In this document: positions 1-9,700 of the stretch, piece by piece | Numbering within the stretch: the stretch's first letter is position 1 | How the letters are laid out: every line of letters starts with the position of its first letter | Assembly: GCA_040751795.1 (NCBI GenBank) | Contig: JBFMHR010000001.1 | Coordinates: 416,001 to 480,000 of the forward strand | Length of the DNA stretch: 64,000 nucleotides | Source: Thermoplasmatota archaeon | GTDB lineage: Archaea > Thermoplasmatota > Thermoplasmata > UBA10834 | Direction: 5' to 3' | Made by a program: the position numbers and the translations under genes | Notes under the pieces: model-generated | Databases searched by the model: none | Told to the model about the DNA's origin: nothing | What the model saw: the letters and a program-made list of their open reading frames with translations, nothing else

Positions 1-82
1 CGAGCTTGAGAAACTTGGATTCATACTGACTTTCATATGGGACCCGGAGCCTAGAACCGACGAACCGACTATGTCTCGATAA
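1..82 (+). CDS. Possible 3' end of an upstream gene (partial)
   Basis: Open frame from base 2 (ELEKLGFILTFIWDPEPRTDEPTMSR) ending TAA at 80-82; too short to confirm. Confidence 0.3.
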   Translation, partial: ELEKLGFILTFIWDPEPRTDEPTMSR

Positions 83-101
83 CCCTACATACACGGAGTT
101 C

Positions 102-107
102 TTTAAA
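102..107 (+). promoter_or_regulatory. Candidate archaeal TATA box
   Basis: TTTAAA about 25-30 nt before the first stem of the structured region. Confidence 0.35.
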
Positions 108-127
108 TCGGAGTCGATAACCACAGC

Positions 128-740
128 ACGAGAGGCATCGAGAGGGAAAAAGACGGATCAGGGAGGCATCCCGAGATCCTCGATTGTCGCTCGAAGACGA
201 TCCCTCTCGAGTCCGTCCCGGATGCGTCTCGCCGTCGAGACGGATCGGAGAGGCAAGAGACGCATCGCGTTGCGGGGCGACTAATCGGCCGTTCTCGAGT
301 GAAATCCTGGTTTGTGAATAAAAAATGAGTAAGGAGTTTAGCTCGGAGCTATAAACCTCTGATTCGAAATTAGCCAGATGTGTCGATATGCATCCGGCTC
401 CCTGTGTAGTCATAGCCCCGTGCCGACACGCAATCCCTCATTGACACACTAATATGAGCGCTGAATTGAACAGGAATACAGCGACAACAGTGGTTATAAT
501 GCACGATGTGGCGATGCAACGGACTACGCTGTTGGCGAGGATCATTGGCCGACAAAGTATATGTGCTAGATATACAATCCGTGGCTGCACTTCGGCTAAG
601 GTCGAGGTGAATCGTGGGGTCGAGGAACTGGCTGAGAACAATCGCCGGGTGAGGCTCCGCTGCAATCATGCGTACGTCTGCGGCGGCATCCGTCCCAGCT
701 AGATATCGCATCGACACCCCCCTGCTGAAGCTGGGGTGTG
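128..740 (+). ncRNA. Candidate large structured non-coding RNA or 5' leader of the RHS gene
   Basis: Stems read directly: 138-147/201-210 and 221-230/257-266 (perfect 10 bp), 181-190/277-287, 377-383/388-394, 485-492/527-534, 545-552/592-599, 557-562/570-575, 628-634/696-702, 657-664/679-686, 714-720/733-739. G-U pairs favour the + strand. No convincing ORF. Confidence 0.5.
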
Positions 741-3700
741 GGTACAGTGAAGGAGTCGACGGTTCGAGGTTCGGGGGCAGGCACGAGCGGAATGCCTGAG
801 ATCGATAGAGGGACAAGCGCAAGGACGCTTTCACGGAGGGTCCATACATTCGCATTAGCGTTCGCAATCATCGCGACCGTGTTGCTGATCTTTGTGGCAT
901 TTGCGCCAGCCGCGCAAGCATCTTGCGAGGATGCACTGAACAGTTACGCCTATGATCTCCCTTCGAACTCCGACCAGCTTGCCACCAGTGAGGAAGAAAG
1001 CACCTGGGCAGACGACGGTGAGACATCAAGTCCTGAGCCTCCGTCCATTGACGAACTGTCTGACCTCGGACACGGTTTCGAGACGCGTTCATTCTACTCT
1101 CAAATCGACCCCAATGTCGTGAATGTGCTTGGCAGTGAGGACTCAAGCGATGCGCCCCATTCCTCCTACCAGGAAACCGACACGCTTGGCAGCAACGACT
1201 CATACGGTTTCCCGAGCTTGGAGAATGAGACTTCTTCAGACTATTGGAACTCTAATGCCTTTGGCCGATATAGATTGAGTGCCGATGATTACTCGAAAAT
1301 GGTTCTTTACGACAGTGGTTCCATGCAAGTTGCATCCGCATGGTTCGACGTCGAATCAGACATCGGAGCGACACTTGGCACTGCCACCATTGTCTCGAGA
1401 ACGTCCTCCCACATACTGACAAGTCAGCCGTTAGTCCTCGGCGAAGACGACATCGGCGAGCTGCTGATACTCACTGAATTCCGATTCGCCGAGAAGCCGA
1501 AAGTCACTGCGGAACTATCGTCTGCGTGGATTGACGAATTGAGCGTGTCATGGAACATCCAGCTCATGTTCGATGCGATTCAAACACCCGATGACTTGTT
1601 CAATGTCACTGATCTGGTAGACGGACCATCGATGAGCATAGCAGGCCACTCTGTAGAAGTGGGGACGATGTCTGACGAAGGAAGATGGCAAAGTCGACTT
1701 GGATTAGACTGGTCGGATGCTGGCTGCGGAGATTTCAGCGTGCGCAATATGGGTCTTGATAACATAGCCAAGATTGTCTTTCCAAAGGGAATGGGCTTAG
1801 TGGACCCCACGATTGTCTGCACGTCGTACTATCAGAACTCCCTCCCTGGCGCCCCGTTCAGGAACACTGTCTACAGCGGCGGGTCCTATTGGCTATTCGT
1901 AGCGGGCCACAATTGGATTCAGTATCACCGAAGCGATGACCAGGGTGTCACATGGTCAGAACCCACTTACTTCGCAGAAATCTACTGTCCACAGCGCCCA
2001 GGTACTTTCGATGTCGCAGTACAGAACAATCAAGTGGCCGTGGCTTGGATGGACCTTTGGAACACGGAACAATATGAAGTGCGATACATCGATGGGTACA
2101 TCACTGGCTCTTCGATATCATGGAACACGGCAATCTATGTCGACTCAGTCATGTCCGGCCACTATGGATGGTTCGGCGGAGTCACTCTCGGCGTCGATGG
2201 TACAGCATATGTGTGCTATGCGGAGAAGAAGCTTGACGATTCAGGGGTTTATCTCTTGGGACTGACCACCATGAAGAAACCGTTTGATTCCAATTCATTC
2301 TCAGAGTTCGCCAATACCTTCCCAGAGTACCCAATCCTGCCTGGGAGCGTCCCATTTATACGGCCGATGTCCGTCACAACGGGAGCCGACAGCGTCGCTT
2401 TCACTGCCCTCGTAGGAGTCGACACTGTTGACCCGGAGCCAATCTCTTACGTGATCACTGTTGTCTCGCCGAACGGAGGAGAAGAGTGGATGCGGGAGAC
2501 ATACTATGATATTCTGTGGACCACAGAACCAGGTATCGGTTACGTCAAGATTGAGCTATATCAGAATGGGAATCCATTCTACGTAATTGACTATAGCGAT
2601 TACAATGACGGGCATTATGAATGGAGAGTTCCATCTACGCTTCCCACGGGACAGTACTACCTGAGGGTGTCCGATACTGGCGACCCAGACGTTTGGGATG
2701 AGAGTGATGATCCGTTCTCAATAGTCTTGGTTCCGTTGTGCGTGATATCACCGAACGGAGGAGAAGAGTGGGCGCGGGATACATACCATGATATTCTGTG
2801 GACCATAGCATCAGGTATAGGTTATGTCAAGATCGCGCTCTATCAGAATGGTAATCTTTTCTACTCAATTGACTCTAGCGATCCCAATGACGGATATTAT
2901 GAATGGAGAGTCCCAGCATTGTTCACCGTGGGACAGTACTACCTGAGGGTGTCCGATGCCAGCCACCCAGACGTATGGGATGAGAGTGACAACGCGTTCT
3001 CAATAGTGCTTTCAGCCACCACATTGCGCGTTACATCGCCAAATGGCGGAGAGGAATGGTGGCAAGGGAGTACACACCTAATCACATGGACTACATCTCT
3101 AACCTTGCCCGGCGTCATTGAGTTGTGGAATGTCGCAAGCAACCAGGGAACACAACTGGCTCCTGTTGAGTTGAGTCTTGGCCAATTCTCTTGGGTCATT
3201 TCGAGCAGCCAGGCAATTGGCGACAACTACAAGATCAGAATAAGATCGGCATTTGGCGGTTACGAAGACTGGAGCGACAGTGTCTTCCGCATTGTCCCAG
3301 TCCCACCAAGTTCGATTTCGGTCTTGTGTCCGAACGGGGGTGAAACTCTCTACTACGGGCGTTCATTCTACGTCAATTGGACCTCTGAGGGGACAGTCGC
3401 AACGGGACCTGTCAAGATCGCATTGTATTCTGAGGGGTGGCAGAGGCTACTGATTACTGACGAAACGGAGAACGACGGGTCGTACAGGTGTTCGTGGTCT
3501 CCAGACTGGTGGCTTGATCATGGCGCCAAATACCAAGTGAGAGTGTCGAGCCTGGTTGACACAGGCATCTATGACTATTCGGATGCCTTCTTCTCGATGT
3601 CGTTCTTCATTCCCAAGGAGGGCATAGACCACTCAAGCATACTAGTCAACGTGTACAGACCAAATGCAAACACATGGGCCCTCTCTGCTTGGGACATCAT

Positions 3701-6700
3701 AGACGTCGACTGTCTTGGGTCCGTCGATCTCCAATCCGTATGTCCTGGAGAGAAAGATGAGTTGCACATGATATACATCGATAGGACGGATCGACTCACG
3801 TACCAACGATACCAGCTAGATGATTGCCCTGAACCAGTAAGCCTTGATGTGAGCGACGGGAGTCTCCCTTCGATGTCGATTGATATGAACGGGGACATGC
3901 ATGTGCAATATGCTTCAGACGGGAAGGTGTGGGAAATGCACACGTCGCCCGGAGACGGTGTATGGAGTGACGTCGTGGAATTTGGAGAAGGTGACGTATA
4001 TGAAATCACGGGCCTCTCCAGCGGAGAGAAGCTGGAGTCGAAGAATTTCATATCCTTCATGGACCTATCCACATATCCTTACCAGTACGAAATATTCTTT
4101 GGAACTCTGCCGCTGCCGGCCGACGTCATTGGCCCGTACGGCGACCCGTGGAGTGCAGGCGGCATCAATCAGGACCAACCTTTCAACATGGGAGTGACGG
4201 ACATCATCTCCCCGGGCAATGGTCTGTTGTATCTCTTCCAGAACGATTTTGTGGTACCGGAACGCGGAACTGACATAGTGGTCTCCCACTTCTACAGCGC
4301 CCCGCAGTACTTTGTGGCAAACTCCGTCGGCGTCCTAGTCCCATATCTGCAGTATTCGTTCCCTTACTGCAAGATGGGCGATGGGTGGCAGTTGAACTTG
4401 CCGTGGATAGATGACACCTATGTCCATCTCTGGAGCGGCACGAGAGTGAAGATCGATTGGGATGGCGACCACTTCAACAACACTCGGGGACAGCCCTTCT
4501 TCCTGAAGAGACTGTCCGTTGGATACCAGCTGGACCTCCAGGATGGCATGCGCATACTATTCGACTCCGATGGTGCTCCTAGCTATGTCATATCCGACAG
4601 AGCGGTGAACCCTTCGCTTCATGACTACAAGTTAGAATACGCTGTAAATGGGGAGGAGAAGCGTCTGAGCTTGATAAGGGATACAGTGGATCGATATGTT
4701 GCGTTCCTGTACAATGTAGATGGAAGGCTCTCAGGAATAAGATACGACACCAGCACAGTATCGTTCACTTACTCAGGAGGCCTACTGACAGGCGTGACTG
4801 ACCCCATAGGAAGAGCCACGAGCTTCTCGTATTGTGACATCGCTGGTTTCCCTTCGATGTTGATAGACTCCGTGATTCTCCCTTCGTCGTCTGCAGGAAG
4901 TGGACGGATAGACTACCTCTATGTACCGATTGACGTCGGCAGCGACGCCCGCGCTTACGTGGTGAGTTGCCGGTATATCCCCAACGAGAACTACAGAATG
5001 TACTCCTATACAGTCGTGGATGGTGTCATCACTTGCACGACGGTCAACGACTACAGCATCCACGAGGCTACGGAAGTCGACTGGGTCGGCGCGACTGTGT
5101 ACAACTTCGATTCTGACGCCAAAGCTAGCACCACAACCTACTTCGGACATGACTCGTATGAGTACCCCTACGGCACAGATACCGTCCCGTTGAAGAGGAC
5201 GGTCTCGAGGTACTCCCCGGACGGACGGGCGGTGACCTCGGAGACCTACTACGACTTCATGTCTGAACCGGATGTGTTCACTTCGTACTCGGACAGCCGG
5301 GGAAACACGATATACTCCAAGGATGCGAGAGGCCACGAAACCTTCGCATCATACTCTAACACAACGACCAGGAACGCCTTCTACAGACCTCCTCAGCTTG
5401 AGAAGACGACAAGCGGGAAGATCATGTTCGACGATTTCAACGACTGGCATGATGATGGATGGTCGAAATCGTCAGGAGGATACTGTACGATAGGCAACTA
5501 CCTACTCAACGACACTTATGACCCAAGCTGCAAATTGCGGGCCACGAGTAGCGCCTTTGTATTGTCCAAGGATTTGACACCCGGGGAGTCCGGCCTCGCC
5601 AAACTCATCATCGACTGCATGCTTGAGATAGAGACCACAGATAGCGATATGGCAATAATGCTTACCAGCGAGTCTGGTACCCTCCTCACGGGGATACGGT
5701 TCTGCTACAGCACGTGGTGGAACGACTACTACATATTCTATCTAAGAAGTGACGGAATCTGGGACAAGACCGGAGTCAAGTACTCATCAGACACCCCTTT
5801 CAGGGTGACTCTCTCAGTCCAGATATCTTCAGGAAATGTCAGCACGGAATTCTACATTGACGGAGCATGGAAGTTCACGTGCCCGCAAAGGTATGTTGGC
5901 ACAAACGTCGTGAAGTATCTGAAGGTAAGCCAAGACTACAGAGGATCAGTACCTGAATGCGTGATTGACAACGTGAAGGTCTTCGCAAACTGGGACGTCA
6001 CTGTCACTGGTCTCTCAAGCGGCATGTTTGTGGAGATCTACGACAGCAGAGGGAACTTCGTCGAAAGGAAGAAGGCCGGCGGCCCCTCCGTTACATTCAC
6101 GTTTACTCCTTCAAAATCATTCATGCCACACGGTAACATCATAGTCAGGAACGACACGAGCGTCATAAACCTCGTTGACTCATACAGAGAGATATGGGGC
6201 GGTGACACTTACCGGTACAGCGATAGCTCTCTGATGAAATCCGCAGTATCCAGAACTTACAGCGGCATAGATTTCGCGACCACCACAATCTTGGATGAGT
6301 CGGTTGACTCGACTAAGTATGACCTGATTGGGGCCTTCAATTTCGTCTCCGACGCGAACCTGGTACTGAGCCAGAGCAACTACCACCACGACGAATTCTC
6401 AGCTGGTGTGGGCTATCACGGATACAAGCCTAAGGTTGGCGTGAATCCCACGAACTTCTACGTATCTAGCACGTCCTATATCGTCCAGTTCGTGTACCTA
6501 GAGGCAAGCGCGATGCCTATTGAAATCGGAATGCGATACTACTCCACGGCCAACGGATGGTCGAACATGGCGTTCTGGGGAACCGATGCCATCACTCTCG
6601 ATGACGGAAAGACCGAGTATCGAAGAGGGGACATGCCGACATCAGGTCAGTGGGTCATGTTGGTCACCAAGGCTTCTGACATCGGATGGAGCTCGTACTA

Positions 6701-9700
6701 CCTAAGTGGAATGAACTTCACGCACCTCGGAGGCGATCCGCGTTACGACAAGACCGCATTCACGTCCGACACGAGCTTCGGCAAGATCCGAGTCACGGGT
6801 CTGACGGCTGGACAGAGAGTTGACATCCGGCATCCGAACGGGACAATGATAACCTCAGGGATTGCGACGTCGACATACCTTGACCTGGACCTCTACGCAG
6901 CAGGCATACATGCGTTTCCGTTGAGCGGCTATTTCGTATTCTATGACACTGCTGGCCAGGTTGCCTATGAGAGCTCCGTCTTCAGGGGCATCTATCCGAA
7001 GGATTCCTATGCGTACAATCTTGCGAACAGCCCGTTCTACACGAACTCACACGTCCCGGAAGGATACACTGGGCTTGCCACGGGGACGATGCAGTATACG
7101 GATGCGGCTCGCACGACCTCCATGGAGACCTACATGAAATTTGGACGGCTCTCTGGATCGACGTGGGTGGAGAACTCTCTGGTAAGTGAGACGAAGACGA
7201 AGGACGGGACCGTCTGGCGCGCGACTCAGTATGAATACGACCAGTATGGAAACACTGTCAAGGTGACTGATCCGAGAGGGGTGGTGATGAACTACTGCTA
7301 CGAACGATCGGGTACGTTCCTTGATTCGAGCTGGATGATACTCGCAAGTACTCCAATTGGCCAGCAGAACCTCTCGGCAAGATTCGATTACTACAGCAAT
7401 GGCCTCCTAAGAAGCGAGACCGACGCCAAGGGCTATGTCACCAACTATGAGTATGACAGCGTCGGCAGAGTGACAAAGGTGACATACCCATCTCTCGACG
7501 GCGTTTTGGTGAGCATCGACTACATCTACGACAATGTCAACCAGATCGTGACTTACCGTGATGCCATTGACACGATGAGCAAGACTTACTACGATTCATT
7601 TGGCAGAGTCTGGAAGGAGCAAAGGTACACATCCGGCGGAACGTCGTATTCGTACCGCACCTACACGTACGGCTGGAACGGCAGGGTGTGCGAGATCACT
7701 GACGCTCTAGGGAGGGGCACGCACGTCGACTACGACTACTTTGGCAGAATAGTCAAGGCGTACAACTCAGACGAGACGGCTGTAAGAACATATTACGATG
7801 ACAGGAACAGGACGGTCTCACAGTTCGATGAACTAGGCCACAGGAAAGACATAGTGTATGACTCCATCGGACGGACGATCCGCTCGGTACAATATCTGGG
7901 AGAAGAGCAAATAGTCAATAGCATGACGTATGACGACATTGGGAACTTGCTCACCGTCACAGACAATGCAGGATTGATGACGGCCTATACATACGACAAT
8001 ATGGCCAGACTGAAATCCGTCACATATCCCTATGGCGTCAACGAGGTTTTGTACTATGATGCTGCGAGCAGGCTCGAGAGGATTGACCGGTCAGGGACGA
8101 CCTATGACTTGCTCTATCAGTACGATGATGCTGGAAGGCTCCTGAAGAAGTACTACACGAACGGCGATTGCTCGAATTACACCTACGACCCGAATGGCAA
8201 CATAGTGTATGCATCCTGCACAAGCTGCTTCACTACAACGGTGACGACAAGGAGCTACGACGAGTGGGACAGGCTCGAAGAGGAGGTCACCACCCTGGAC
8301 AAGTCGTCCTACTCTGTCAAGTTCACGTACGATACAAGGAGCAACTTGATGACAATCGACGCGATTGACAGCTCGTACGTCGTATCCTACACCTATGATG
8401 AATTCAACCGGATGAAGACCGCGAGCCTGAAGGCAGGCCGCACCACATTGTCACTGGCCAGCATGAACTACAACACCCGTGACCAGATGACATCGATTTC
8501 CTATGGAAACGGTGTGACGACATCCTTCACACTGGACCCGACTCGTGGGTGGATTGACAGGATACTCGTGTCCAAGTCGTCGACGTCTCTTCTTGATTTG
8601 AATTATCAACGAGATGCGACAGGCCGAACCACTCAAGTGAACGCCTATCGGACATATGTCTACGACGACCTAGGGCGCCTGACCTATGCGAACGACACCT
8701 CGGCATATGGTCACATCGCATATACATATGACTCATACGGCAACCGCAAGACCATGACAAGGGAATCGACCACTACGACTTACAGCTACGACGAGTACAT
8801 GCGCCTCAGGCAAGCAGTCACTGGAACCTCTGTCAAGACCTTCACATATGATAGCGTGAGGGGGAACCTTGCCACAAAGGCAGACACGTCTGCGAGTTAT
8901 GAGTTCCATTACGACGCCGACGACAGAATGTACCTGCTACTGCAGAATGGTGGAGTCGCAGGGTACTATACGTACGACGCCTTCGGACGCAGGGCGAAGG
9001 TCATTGAAGGAGATGTGACTGAGACCACCATCTACGCCGGGTCGGCACCCCTCGTCACGATAAGCGGAAGCGGCAATAAGATCACGAAGACCCTCCACGC
9101 ATACGCCAATGGAATCCATATAGCCAAGTATGTGTCAAAATACGTCTACTACTATCACCAGGATGAAGTAGGCAGTGTACGGCTTGTGACAGACAAGTTC
9201 GGTGCGGTCGTATTCGATACGGATTACCTGCCGTTCGGTGAGTTATTCATGCCGGATGGGCAGGAGGACTTCCTGTTCGTGGACGGCCGAGCCTCCAAGT
9301 ATGCGGGGCTGATAAGTCTAGGTGCCAGATACTACGACCCCGACGCAGGCAGGTTTACGACACCTGACAAGGTCGTCGGCGCCCTGCCTACTCCCATCAC
9401 CATGAACAGATGGGTATACTGTCACAATGACCCGATAAACAAGGTGGACGCGTCTGGGATGTGGCCGTGGGACAATATAGTGAACACCATAGTTGATGGA
9501 GCCATTGACTTACTCGACGCCGGGGCGAACCTCGTGGGTGATGCAATTGAGTTCGTTGCGGACGTCGTCGTGGAGACGGTGGAGACGGCCATTGAAGTGA
9601 TCGAGACAGCTGTCGATGTCGCCGTTGCATTGGTGGTCGAAGTCGTAGAGGCGGTCAAAACGGTCGCTGAGATCGTCGTCGCGGGCTGCGAGGCGATCAA

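Noticed and set aside
441-500. Bacterial sigma70 promoter (TTGACA 441, TATAAT 495)
   Set aside because: Spacing of 48 nt is incompatible
128-740. Identification as RNase P, SRP, group I or group II intron
   Set aside because: No GAGGAAAGUCC/P4, SRP GGAA-AGCA loop or domain V. GACTA (279)/TAGTC (407) could mimic group I P7, but the flanking consensus is absent
69-871. Short ORFs 69-413, 370-867, 454-702, 596-871
   Set aside because: No recognisable motifs, atypical composition, mutually overlapping
2452-3010. Repeat pair as DGR template/variable region
   Set aside because: Differences are not adenine-specific, both copies are in-frame coding domains, and no reverse transcriptase is in the window
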